Source: Bacteroidales bacterium (GTDB lineage Bacteria > Bacteroidota > Bacteroidia > Bacteroidales > VadinHA17). Taken from it: a DNA stretch of 64,000 bases. Location of the stretch: contig JBBQZN010000004.1 of the NCBI GenBank assembly GCA_038207725.1, positions 2,625 through 66,624 on the forward strand, written 5' to 3'. Both the position numbers and the translations under genes were made by a program. The notes beneath the pieces were generated by a model. It saw nothing but the letters and a program-made list of their open reading frames with translations. It was not told the origin of the DNA and did no database searches. Shown here one piece after another: positions 38,027 through 47,444 of this stretch. Position 1 is the stretch's first letter. Every line of letters begins with the position of its first letter.

Positions 38027-40894
38027 ATGATGAAAAGGTTAGTTCTGTTAACGTGGCTGCTGGCTACATTTATTAATTCCAACCTGCTTTCCCAGTCGAA
38101 AGTTGAGATCAGGAATAATTTTTATGATGCTGAAAGCTGGATTCTGTTTGAAGATTACAAGGAAGCACTTCCAATTTACCAGCTCTTACTTAGAATTTAT
38201 CCCAATAATTCTAATTTCAAATACAGGATCGGGCAGTGTTATGTAAACACTACCGGCGAAAAAGAAAAGGCAATAAGCTATCTGGAAGATGCCGTTAAAA
38301 ACATCAATCCCAAATACAAGGAAGGAAAATTCAAAGAGTCAGGTGCACCGTACGATGCACTGTACTATCTGGCAAATGCCTACAGAATAAACAATCAGCT
38401 CGATAAAGCTCTGGAAACCTATGAACTTTTCCAGAAGAATATGGACACGGAAGTTTACAACGCTGAAATTGTTGAACATCAGATTGCTTCATGCCGCAAC
38501 GCCAAGGAGCTTATGGGTCTGCCTCTGTTTATCAAAGAGAAGAATCTCGGAAGTATGATAAATGAGGGAAACTCCGAATTCAATCCTGTTATTTCAGAGA
38601 ATGAGGATCTTATTGTTTTCTCAAAAAGTGAGGCATTCTATGATGCTATATTGTTTTCAACCAAAACAAACGGTGTATGGTCAGGTCCGCAGAACATGAA
38701 CGAAATACTACGGGTTGACAAGGATCTGTTTCCTACCTCAATCTCAAGAGATGGAAAAACTCTCTACATGTATAGCTCTGCAGATTATGACGGAATTATT
38801 TATACTACTGTTTTCAATAATAACGCCTGGTCGCCACTTGTTAAACTTAATGAGAATATAAACACAAAATACTGGGAATCACATGCTACAATTTCCCATG
38901 ACAATAAGAAACTCTATTTCACCAGCAACAGAAAAGGCACTCTGGGCGGACTCGACATATATGTCTCAAAAAAAGACAGCATTGGTGATTGGGGAGCTGC
39001 AGAGAACCTTGGCCCGGTTATAAATACATCCTATAATGAGGAATCTCCGTTTCTGAGCAAGGATGATAAAACAATTTTCTTCAGTTCACGCGGTCATTTT
39101 AATATGGGAGGGTATGATATTTTCTACTCAACCTTGCTCGACGACGGGAATTGGTCAGTACCTCTTAATGTCGGCTATCCTCTCAACTCAACAGATGATG
39201 ATGTTTTCTTTAATCCGGTAAACCAGGGATACCAAGGGTACATTTCAAGAGATGCAGCCGGAGGTTTTGGAAAAGGAGATATTTACCACGTGGAAATTTT
39301 TTCCAACGACCATCCAAGGAAATTCTTCATAAGAGGTATGGTTAAAGTAGCTGACCTGATGAGCAATATAAGCGACAGCGTTAAGATCAGCGCAATGAAC
39401 ATTACCAATCCAAATCAGACAGTTATAGTATACTCTGATCCGAAAACAGGAGAATTTGAATTTGAATTGCCACAGGGACAATATAAAATAACATACGAAA
39501 GCGACGGAGGCGAAAAAGTTGTAAGAAATATTGATCTGCCTCTTACAAATCCCCTTGACAGTTTTGTCCTTCCCGGAACACTGCTTCCAAGGGCAGATTT
39601 TATTGCTGAAATGAGCGTTGAAAGCAATAAGACTTTATCTGTTTCAAAAGACGATACAATTTTGTTTCCCCTTAAGGTTGAACCAAACTCGGTACTCACT
39701 GTCGAGCACTGGGTAGGCGATTCACTTCTTTATACTGAACAATTCCAGATTAAAGATACCACATTTATCTACAAAATGGTTCCCAGTCAGGGAGATAACA
39801 AAGTTGTTTTCAAACTCACTGACAAATTCAATAATACAACAACAACTGAAGTAATAATAACAAGAGAGAAAGATGTAACTACCCAAGCACTTATAAGGCC
39901 TGAATACAGCAGGGTTATTGCGAAAAAACAAGTCGCAGCACTTACCTCAATGCTGAAAAACAGAACCGACAGACAACTCTCAGGTGTAATCGGAGATGCC
40001 GATGTGGATAAACAACAGTTTGGAAAAGTTGATGATCTCATTACCTATCTGAAAGAACTGGCATTCAGGAATGGCATAAGTACCGAAGAGGTAGATAAAG
40101 CTGCTCTAAGAGTCGCCGTAATGGACAATATCCTTACTCAGGCCGCAGTTGATTTTATGGCCAGAAATTCTGAAGGTGATCTGAAGAAGATACTTACCGA
40201 CCTTAATATCTATGATGCCAAACTCAAAACCTGGACTGATCTGCAGGAATATATATCAGCTAAAACCAATAGCAGAATAACACCTGAAATGCTTAATAAG
40301 ATGGCTGAAATTGCTTTATCTGAAACAGATCCTTCAATTGCTTCTATAAGAGAAAAGATTCTGGCTTACAGTGAAGTATCTGATGGAGGAGTGATAATAA
40401 GGGAAGCTGTTGCAACTGTTGACCTGAGCAAAATAAAAATTAGGGAAAAATGGCTCCAGGCATTCTATAAAGAATCTTTCAGGCAGGGGCTTACACAGGG
40501 TCAGTTATCTGAGCTTGTTGCAGTTATAAGCTCTCTTCCAAATACAAGCGTTGAAGATTATCTGAAAGATCTTATTGCCAATTCTGATGAACCTCTGACT
40601 TCTTCATTAAAAGCAATTAATCTGAAAAAAGAGAATATCAGAACGCCAAAAGATCTTGTTACGTTCCTTATGATGAACAAGGATAAGGAAAAGTACCCTG
40701 AAGAGCTTGTTTCAAAAGCTATTGCACGAATGATTGCAGAGAAAAACATCCCTGCCGAAACGATAAAATCAGTAACTAAAAAAGGTAAAACCGGAATAAA
40801 ATGGATTCTCTGGGTAATACCAGTGGCACTTCTGTTATTCATTTATTTCTTGTTTGGAAGAAAGAAAGAGAAAGAAAAAAATAAAAAGAAATAA
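38027..40894 (+). CDS. PorE-like paralog 1: signal peptide, TPR, PD40 (TolB-like) propeller, CRD-like sandwich, helical domain, C-terminal TM tail anchor
   Basis: Shares with the next three genes YRIGQCYVNTTGEKEKAISYLEDA, APYDALYYLANAYR, NINTKYWESH, GGLDIYVSKKD..GDWG, NEESPF, GGYDIF. CRD-like GEFEFELPQGQYKITYESDG. Ends WILWVIPVALLLFIYFLFGRKKEKEKNKKK. Confidence 0.65.
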   Translation: MMKRLVLLTWLLATFINSNLLSQSKVEIRNNFYDAESWILFEDYKEALPIYQLLLRIYPNNSNFKYRIGQCYVNTTGEKEKAISYLEDAVKNINPKYKEGKFKESGAPYDALYYLANAYRINNQLDKALETYELFQKNMDTEVYNAEIVEHQIASCRNAKELMGLPLFIKEKNLGSMINEGNSEFNPVISENEDLIVFSKSEAFYDAILFSTKTNGVWSGPQNMNEILRVDKDLFPTSISRDGKTLYMYSSADYDGIIYTTVFNNNAWSPLVKLNENINTKYWESHATISHDNKKLYFTSNRKGTLGGLDIYVSKKDSIGDWGAAENLGPVINTSYNEESPFLSKDDKTIFFSSRGHFNMGGYDIFYSTLLDDGNWSVPLNVGYPLNSTDDDVFFNPVNQGYQGYISRDAAGGFGKGDIYHVEIFSNDHPRKFFIRGMVKVADLMSNISDSVKISAMNITNPNQTVIVYSDPKTGEFEFELPQGQYKITYESDGGEKVVRNIDLPLTNPLDSFVLPGTLLPRADFIAEMSVESNKTLSVSKDDTILFPLKVEPNSVLTVEHWVGDSLLYTEQFQIKDTTFIYKMVPSQGDNKVVFKLTDKFNNTTTTEVIITREKDVTTQALIRPEYSRVIAKKQVAALTSMLKNRTDRQLSGVIGDADVDKQQFGKVDDLITYLKELAFRNGISTEEVDKAALRVAVMDNILTQAAVDFMARNSEGDLKKILTDLNIYDAKLKTWTDLQEYISAKTNSRITPEMLNKMAEIALSETDPSIASIREKILAYSEVSDGGVIIREAVATVDLSKIKIREKWLQAFYKESFRQGLTQGQLSELVAVISSLPNTSVEDYLKDLIANSDEPLTSSLKAINLKKENIRTPKDLVTFLMMNKDKEKYPEELVSKAIARMIAEKNIPAETIKSVTKKGKTGIKWILWVIPVALLLFIYFLFGRKKEKEKNKKK

Positions 40895-40912
40895 GCATTA
40901 GTGTTTTCTTTA

Positions 40913-40920
40913 TAAATTTG
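40913..40920 (+). promoter_or_regulatory. Candidate internal -7 box upstream of PorE-like paralog 2
   Basis: TAAATTTG 21 nt before the ATG at 40942; no clear -33 element. Confidence 0.2.
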
Positions 40921-40941
40921 ATGTGTAAAAATGAATAGGAA

Positions 40942-42216
40942 ATGAATAAAATAGCTCTCAGTCTGCTTGCGACAATGTTATTTTTCCCAGCTATAAGAGC
41001 CCAAGATAGCAAAAACCTTCAGGAGACTTTCCTTGAAGCAGAATACTTTCTTTTAAACGAGGATTACTCCGACGCTCTGGCTTTTTACCTTCAGCTGCAT
41101 GAAAAAATGCCTGAAAACGCAAATATTGCATATAAAACAGGTTTGTGTTATCTGAACATCCCCGGGAAAAAGAACCTCGCTGTTTCCCTTCTCGAGCAGG
41201 CATCGAAAAATATGTCGGCCAAACATAAGGAGGGAACAATAAATCAGGTGGCAGCTCCATATGATGCCCTTTATAACCTTGCGACTGCATACAGGGTAAA
41301 CTATATGTTTGACAAGGCCAAGGAGGCATTTCTGAAATACTCTGCAACATTGCTCCCTGATGACAGAGAGAATCTCGAATTCATAAAACACGAAATTGAG
41401 GTGTGCGATTATGCAAAAAAAACAGTTTCAAATCCTGTCTCATTCACTGAAGAGAATATGGGTGAACTGTTCAATGATGATAAATCGAACTACAACCCTT
41501 TGATCTCAGCCGACGGAAAGACATTTGCTTTCATGGTAACACTGAAATTCTACAACGCTGTAATGGTGTCAAACCTTATAAACGGTAAATGGTCAGGACC
41601 AATAAACATATCGCCAGATCTTCAGGTTGATGGCGATTTTTCAATATCATGCCTCTCACCTGACGGGAAGTTATTATTCCTTTCAAAAGATGATAATTAT
41701 AACAGCGATATATATGTAAGTTTGTTTGATAAGGGAAAATGGAATCCTGTTACTAAACTAAATAAGAATATTAATACAAAATACTGGGAATCTCATGGTT
41801 TCATGTCAGAATCAGGAAACCAGCTCATTTTTGCGTCCGACAGACCAGGCGGGTTTGGAGGTCTCGATCTTTATATCTCTAAAAAAGTTAATGGAGAATG
41901 GGGATCTGCGATCAATATGGGACCAGAAGTCAATACCCAGTTTAACGAAGACAGACCCTTCCTGATAAATCAGGGTAAAACAATCTTTTTCAGTTCACAG
42001 GGGCATGATAATATAGGAGGTTATGACCTTTTCAAATCAGATTTACAGAATAATTCACTATGGAGTAAGCCCCAGAACCTCGGCTATCCCTTAAACACGC
42101 CGGATGACAATACATTTTTTATGCCTGCCTCAAACGGAAAAACGGGGTATTATTCTGCCTATAAAGATACAGGAAACCTGGGCAAAGAGGATATTTACAA
42201 AATTACCTTTAAATAA
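40942..42216 (+). CDS. PorE-like paralog 2: signal peptide, TPR and PD40 propeller only
   Basis: YKTGLCYLNIPGKKNLAVSLLEQA, APYDALYNLATAYR, NINTKYWESH, GGLDLYISKK.NGEWG, NEDRPF, GGYDLF. Ends right after the propeller. Confidence 0.65.
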   Translation: MNKIALSLLATMLFFPAIRAQDSKNLQETFLEAEYFLLNEDYSDALAFYLQLHEKMPENANIAYKTGLCYLNIPGKKNLAVSLLEQASKNMSAKHKEGTINQVAAPYDALYNLATAYRVNYMFDKAKEAFLKYSATLLPDDRENLEFIKHEIEVCDYAKKTVSNPVSFTEENMGELFNDDKSNYNPLISADGKTFAFMVTLKFYNAVMVSNLINGKWSGPINISPDLQVDGDFSISCLSPDGKLLFLSKDDNYNSDIYVSLFDKGKWNPVTKLNKNINTKYWESHGFMSESGNQLIFASDRPGGFGGLDLYISKKVNGEWGSAINMGPEVNTQFNEDRPFLINQGKTIFFSSQGHDNIGGYDLFKSDLQNNSLWSKPQNLGYPLNTPDDNTFFMPASNGKTGYYSAYKDTGNLGKEDIYKITFK

Positions 42217-42268
42217 AATTGCGGTTCTTATAACCATTTGAAATATAAAAATAACTATATTTGCTTTG

Positions 42269-44239
42269 ATGATAAAATTCAGAGCAAAATTCATAGTTTT
42301 CAGGTTGCAGCTTCTCACTCTGTTAATCCTCCCAAATGCTGCATCATCTCAGTCTTCAGAAGAGATGAAGAAAATATTTGCACAGGCTGAGTCCTATTTT
42401 CTTTATGAAGAATATGAACTTGCAAATCAACTCTACATATTGCTGGAGTCTCCTGACAATATGAATATTAAGTATAAAATAGGCACATGCTACCTTAATA
42501 TTCCCGGAGAAAAAGAAAAATCTATCCCTTATCTTGAAGATGCAGTAAAGAGCGCCTCATACGACTCAAAAACTGAAACTTTTAAAGAGATTAAGGCTCC
42601 GCTGGATGCATTTTTCTCTCTCGCAAAAGCTTATATGATAAATAATGAGCTTGAAAAAGGACTTGCTGCTCTGCAGACCTTCCAGAAACTCGCACTGGAA
42701 ACAAAAGGTAAAGGAGGAATGGAAAACCTCGAATTTATCGATCAGCAAATCCAGGCCTGCAAAAATGCTATTCAGTTTAAAGAGAATCCGATAACATTCA
42801 GTAAAAAATCACTCGGGGCCGATTTCTCGCTTGGATCTATTAATGAAAACCCCGCCGTCAGCTATGATGGAAATACAATTGTTTATACTGAAAGAAGAGG
42901 TATCGTCAATGCATTATTCTTCTCCCAAAGAATGAGAGGTGTCTGGCAGTCACCCATAGAAATAACAGCAGAGATAAATGCAGGTGAAGACTGTTCTTCC
43001 TGTGCACTGAACCACGACGGCACCGAATTATTTCTTTACAAGACAGATAATTACGACGGAGCAATATACTCTTCCAGCTATGTTAAAGGAGCATGGACGC
43101 CGATTAAAAAGCTCAATAAGAATATAAATACAAAATTCTACGAATCACACGCATCAATATCAGCCGATGGTAGAAAGCTCTATTTCGCCAGTAACAGGGA
43201 TGGAGGACAGGGAAATCTCGATTTATATGTCTCTGAAAAAGATGCCGCCGGCGAATGGGGGCCTGCAGTTAATTTAGGCGCAGCAATAAACACCCCTTTT
43301 AATGAAGATGTTCCGTTTATAACCGAAAATGATTCAACTCTTTATTTCTGTTCTGAAGGACACTCTTCAATGGGCGGCTTCGATAACTTTAAGAGTCTGA
43401 AACTTGGCGACGTATGGAAAACTCCTTCAAATATGGGTTATCCCATTAACTCAACAGACGATGACAAGTTCTTTCAACCAGCCAATAACGGACTCAATGG
43501 TTATTATTCTCTTACTACAGACTACAAGAAAAGTGAGATATTCTATCTTGGAATTGGAAAGAGCGGAATTGTACAGACATATGAAATTCAGGGAACTATA
43601 AGTCTGAAAGACACAATTGTGGCATTTGATAAAAATTATAAGATTACACTTCTCAACAAATCAACAAACGACACTGTCGATATCGGTTTCCCTAATAAAT
43701 TTACAGGCCGTTACAGCTTCCTGGTTACTGATGGTGCTTTCAGCCTTACTTACTTGGGGCCGGGCTATCTTACTCAAACTATTGATACATCTATCGTTCC
43801 CGATAACCCTGTATTAGTTTTGTATATCAATGCAGAACTACTTCCTGATCCTTCATGGGTGGAGCTAAAGGCTGAACCGGTAAAACCTGAGCCTGCATTC
43901 TATGAAAAAATTAACCTTGAAAATATTCCACAAATTGCAAATGTTGATGCCAATACACTCATAACTGATGTCAGTGTTACAGATGTCAGCGACAGAAATA
44001 TAAATGATGCTGATATTCTATATTATACAGTGCAGGTTATCGCACTTCATAATCCTGTGGATATAAGCTACTTTAAATACATTACCGACATGCTGGTAAT
44101 GTACGACGGTACTGATAAATTCTACCGTTATGTGACAGGTAAATTTAAAACAAGAGAAGAAGCTTATGCTCTTAGACTGGAGCTGATAAGGAAAGGTTAT
44201 CCTGATCAGATCTTTATTAAGAAAGTTTCAAAGCAATGA
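42269..44239 (+). CDS. PorE-like paralog 3: signal peptide, TPR, PD40 propeller, CRD-like, C-terminal SPOR-like domain
   Basis: YKIGTCYLNIPGEKEKSIPYLEDA, NINTKFYESH, GNLDLYVSEKD..GEWG. CRD-like GRYSFLVTDGAFSLTY. SPOR-like YYTVQVIALHN...YRYVTGKFKTREEAYALRLELIRKGYPDQIFIKKV. Confidence 0.65.
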   Translation: MIKFRAKFIVFRLQLLTLLILPNAASSQSSEEMKKIFAQAESYFLYEEYELANQLYILLESPDNMNIKYKIGTCYLNIPGEKEKSIPYLEDAVKSASYDSKTETFKEIKAPLDAFFSLAKAYMINNELEKGLAALQTFQKLALETKGKGGMENLEFIDQQIQACKNAIQFKENPITFSKKSLGADFSLGSINENPAVSYDGNTIVYTERRGIVNALFFSQRMRGVWQSPIEITAEINAGEDCSSCALNHDGTELFLYKTDNYDGAIYSSSYVKGAWTPIKKLNKNINTKFYESHASISADGRKLYFASNRDGGQGNLDLYVSEKDAAGEWGPAVNLGAAINTPFNEDVPFITENDSTLYFCSEGHSSMGGFDNFKSLKLGDVWKTPSNMGYPINSTDDDKFFQPANNGLNGYYSLTTDYKKSEIFYLGIGKSGIVQTYEIQGTISLKDTIVAFDKNYKITLLNKSTNDTVDIGFPNKFTGRYSFLVTDGAFSLTYLGPGYLTQTIDTSIVPDNPVLVLYINAELLPDPSWVELKAEPVKPEPAFYEKINLENIPQIANVDANTLITDVSVTDVSDRNINDADILYYTVQVIALHNPVDISYFKYITDMLVMYDGTDKFYRYVTGKFKTREEAYALRLELIRKGYPDQIFIKKVSKQ

Positions 44240-46899
44240 GAATTTTGTTCAGCAAGAGTTTCCTGATAACACTTCTGTTATTGCGTTTTCCGGCTCTCTA
44301 TTCCCAGCAAATCACACAAAGAGAATTTGTAAAAGCTGTTCAGCAGGCCGACATCCTGTACTATTATTATGAGGACTATGATCTGGCTGCATCTCACTAT
44401 GAGCCACTGCTGAAACAATTCCCTGAAAATTACAACCTTGTGGTAAAACTCGGCATCTGCTATCTTAGTATTGATGGAAAGGAAAAAGAAGCACTGAAGT
44501 TGCTCAAAATCGGGGCCAAAAATATAATAGCCAGGGATGAAGATTATACCGAAATAGGAGAAAAAGCTCCTCTTGATACTTATCTCTACCTGGCAGTTGC
44601 ATATCACAGGAACGATAGTCTGGAAAAGGCCATCAAACTCTATGCTGACGCCAAAAAACGATTAGGAAACCTGGAACTCTTCAGGAATGAATACATTGAT
44701 AATCAAATAAGAGACTGCAGGTATGCGATTGAGATGCAAAAAAAACCACAAAACGTTTCTGCAATACTATTCACTCCATGGCTTGCAAAATATCCAGGGG
44801 CCTCAAACCCCGTAGTTTCGAAAAATGATTCTGTTTTTCTTTTTTCGGTAAAAAGAGAAGGAAAAACAATTATTTATTGTTCATACAAGAATGGTGTATG
44901 GAAGAAACCGACAGATATAACAAAACAACTCAATGCTGACCCTACTTCATTTCCAAACTCAATTACATCAGACGGTAAGTTTCTTGTAATTTATTGCAGC
45001 GACGGATTTGATGGAAATCTTTATTACAGTCAGCGAAAAGATACAACATGGTCAAAAGCAAAGAACCTGGGCAGGAATATCAACACATTTTACTGGGAAT
45101 CCCATGGTTTTATTACCCCTGACGGCAAAACAATGTATGTTGCCAGCAACAGGCCCGGAGGTATAGGAGAACTTGATATATGGAAATCAGAAAAGGACAA
45201 CAGGGGTGATTGGAGCAAACCTGTAAACTGCGGAAATGTTATAAACACACCATACAACGAAAACACACCATTCTACGATGCAGCAAGCAATACACTATTA
45301 TTCAGTTCGGTCGGACATTTGGGAATGGGAAGCTATGACATCTTCAGGTCAGTAAACAGGAACGACTCCTGGACCAAGCCTCTGGGGATTCCCTACGAAT
45401 TCAATACAACTGCCGAAAACAGCTTTTATATCGCATCAAATAATTCTCAGGGTTTCATTACAAGTAAGTACGATGTAAAGAGCCAAACCAGAAATATCTT
45501 CACACTTAGTTCAGGAGAGCCTGCCGACAAAAAGATTTACGCTTATGGAAGTGTAACCCTTAGCGATAACCTTCCGGTTAATCCTGATCAGACTGAAATA
45601 AATCTCTTTGATCATAAATCAGGGGCTCTTATCAGAAAGATTGAACTCAACGAAAAAGGAGCTTTCAACTTTGAAGTTAAACCGGGTGATTTCAGGATTG
45701 TTGTCAGCCAGACTAACAAAAAGACAGATACAATCACTCATAAACAAATATTGGATGCTGCAGTACCGAAAAAGCAATTTACTGACACAGGAACCTTCTT
45801 TTTCGAAATCAAACCCGGAGATTATCAACTTCACATTAGCCATACAGGATACAAAACTGATACTCTGAATATCAATATCCCAATGAAACTGGCGGGTAAC
45901 TATATCCCTGTCACTTCTGCCCTTTTACCTGAAAAGGTTGCAAACGGCAAATTCTTATCCATCAGGAATATATTATTTGAATACAACAGTTATAAACTAT
46001 CCGCCGATGCTATTTCTGCTATCAGCGAACTTAAGTCAGTTCTGGTTAACTACCCTGAGCTCAGATTTGAAGTTGCCGGTTATACTGACTCAAAGGGAAC
46101 TCCGGAATATAACCTGAAACTAGCAGATAGGAGAGCACAGATAATTATTGACTTGCTTACTTCAGAAGGAATTGCAGCGGGCAGAATGATTAAAAAAGCA
46201 TTTGGCAGTTCAGAGTTTGCAGCCCAAAATACCAAATCAGATGGCTCCGATAACCCTGAAGGCAGAAAATACAACCGGCGGGCTACATTTGGAATCATTA
46301 ATCCAAAAACCGGTATTGTTATACGCCAGGAAACATATACTCCAATGCATCTGAGACACTCCAACTCTCTTAAATACTGTATCGTACTGGAGGAAACAAA
46401 AAAGACTCTGTCACCCGGGAACTTTGCTAAAATGAAAACTGATGAACTACTTTTTATTAGTTCTGTCCCAACTGACTCAGTTACTTACTATACAATAGGC
46501 GATTTTTACAACAGGTCTGAAGCACTCACCTACCTTAATTTTGCCAGAGAGAGCGGTTTTACGAATGCCTATGTCAGCGACAGGTATCTAATACATTCAG
46601 GTTCGGACAATATTATACCGGTGGAAACTGTAGTTAAACCTGTCAGTAAGACAGTCACAACAACAGAGTCAGGTATTATATATACAATTCAGGTATCAGC
46701 ATCAAGAAAGAAACTTGACTTAAGCCGGTTTAAAGAAGTTTCAGGTGTGAAAGAGACCGCATCACCCGATGGATACTTCAGGTATTTTGCAGGTGAATAC
46801 AATTCCTTTAGTGAGGCAAAGGAAGCTCTACCCGGTATTCAGAGTAAGGGTTATAAGAATGCATTTATCAGAGATCTCAGATCTATTATAAATAAATAG
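44236..46899 (+). CDS. PorE-like paralog 4: signal peptide, TPR, PD40 propeller, two CRD-like segments, OmpA_C-like, two SPOR-like domains
   Basis: ATGA overlap with paralog 3. NINTFYWESH, GELDIWKSEKD..GDWS. CRD-like GAFNFEVKPGDFRIVV and GTFFFEIKPGDYQLHISHTGY. OmpA_C NILFEYNSYKL...VAGYTDSKGTPEYNLKLADRRAQ...NRRATF. SPOR-like IYTIQVSASR...FRYFAGEYNSFSEAKEALPGIQSKGYKNAFIRDL. Confidence 0.7.
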   Translation: MRILFSKSFLITLLLLRFPALYSQQITQREFVKAVQQADILYYYYEDYDLAASHYEPLLKQFPENYNLVVKLGICYLSIDGKEKEALKLLKIGAKNIIARDEDYTEIGEKAPLDTYLYLAVAYHRNDSLEKAIKLYADAKKRLGNLELFRNEYIDNQIRDCRYAIEMQKKPQNVSAILFTPWLAKYPGASNPVVSKNDSVFLFSVKREGKTIIYCSYKNGVWKKPTDITKQLNADPTSFPNSITSDGKFLVIYCSDGFDGNLYYSQRKDTTWSKAKNLGRNINTFYWESHGFITPDGKTMYVASNRPGGIGELDIWKSEKDNRGDWSKPVNCGNVINTPYNENTPFYDAASNTLLFSSVGHLGMGSYDIFRSVNRNDSWTKPLGIPYEFNTTAENSFYIASNNSQGFITSKYDVKSQTRNIFTLSSGEPADKKIYAYGSVTLSDNLPVNPDQTEINLFDHKSGALIRKIELNEKGAFNFEVKPGDFRIVVSQTNKKTDTITHKQILDAAVPKKQFTDTGTFFFEIKPGDYQLHISHTGYKTDTLNINIPMKLAGNYIPVTSALLPEKVANGKFLSIRNILFEYNSYKLSADAISAISELKSVLVNYPELRFEVAGYTDSKGTPEYNLKLADRRAQIIIDLLTSEGIAAGRMIKKAFGSSEFAAQNTKSDGSDNPEGRKYNRRATFGIINPKTGIVIRQETYTPMHLRHSNSLKYCIVLEETKKTLSPGNFAKMKTDELLFISSVPTDSVTYYTIGDFYNRSEALTYLNFARESGFTNAYVSDRYLIHSGSDNIIPVETVVKPVSKTVTTTESGIIYTIQVSASRKKLDLSRFKEVSGVKETASPDGYFRYFAGEYNSFSEAKEALPGIQSKGYKNAFIRDLRSIINK

Positions 46900-46919
46900 T
46901 ATTCAGTAAGTTTCTGATT

Positions 46920-47444
46920 ATGAAATACGAAAAAATCAGGCTCAGAGCCCTTGAACCAGAAGATCTTGAACTTCTGTATGAGTGGGAGAATAATGATAAC
47001 TACTGGATAATCAGTAATACAGTCTCTCCATTTTCAAAATATACATTGAAGCGATATCTTGAAAACTCGCATAAGAATGTTTACGAAACTGGTCAGCAAA
47101 GACTTATGATTGACCACATTGACGACAAGGTTACAATCGGCACGATCGACATTTTTGATTTTGATCACTTCCACAAAAGGGCTGGTCTGGGTATATTAAT
47201 TGCCAATGAAGCGTACCGCAGGAAAGGATATGCATCAATGGCGCTGACATGTCTTATTGACTATTGTTTCAAAACTCTTCAGCTGCATCAGCTATATTGC
47301 AATATTCTGGCCAACAATTGTGAAAGCATGGATCTCTTTAAGAAACAGGGATTCATACAGACTGGCAATAAAAAAGACTGGATTAAGACTTCAAAAGGAT
47401 ATATTGACGAGGCAATTTTTCAGTTGGAGAATAAGGACGAATAG
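46920..47444 (+). CDS. GNAT family N-acetyltransferase (RimJ/RimL-like)
   Basis: IRLRALEPEDLELLYEWEN, RRKGYASMAL (acetyl-CoA loop); 174 aa. Confidence 0.75.
   Translation: MKYEKIRLRALEPEDLELLYEWENNDNYWIISNTVSPFSKYTLKRYLENSHKNVYETGQQRLMIDHIDDKVTIGTIDIFDFDHFHKRAGLGILIANEAYRRKGYASMALTCLIDYCFKTLQLHQLYCNILANNCESMDLFKKQGFIQTGNKKDWIKTSKGYIDEAIFQLENKDE

Noticed and set aside
42256-42263. TATATTTG box as a promoter for PorE-like paralog 3
   Set aside because: It lies only 5 nt before the ATG at 42269, and the signal peptide needs that start. It is too close to serve as a -7 element.
38027-46899. The four paralogs as recent duplicates or decaying pseudogene copies
   Set aside because: All four frames are intact. 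The proteins share motifs but are clearly diverged, and I noticed no long identical DNA stretches.
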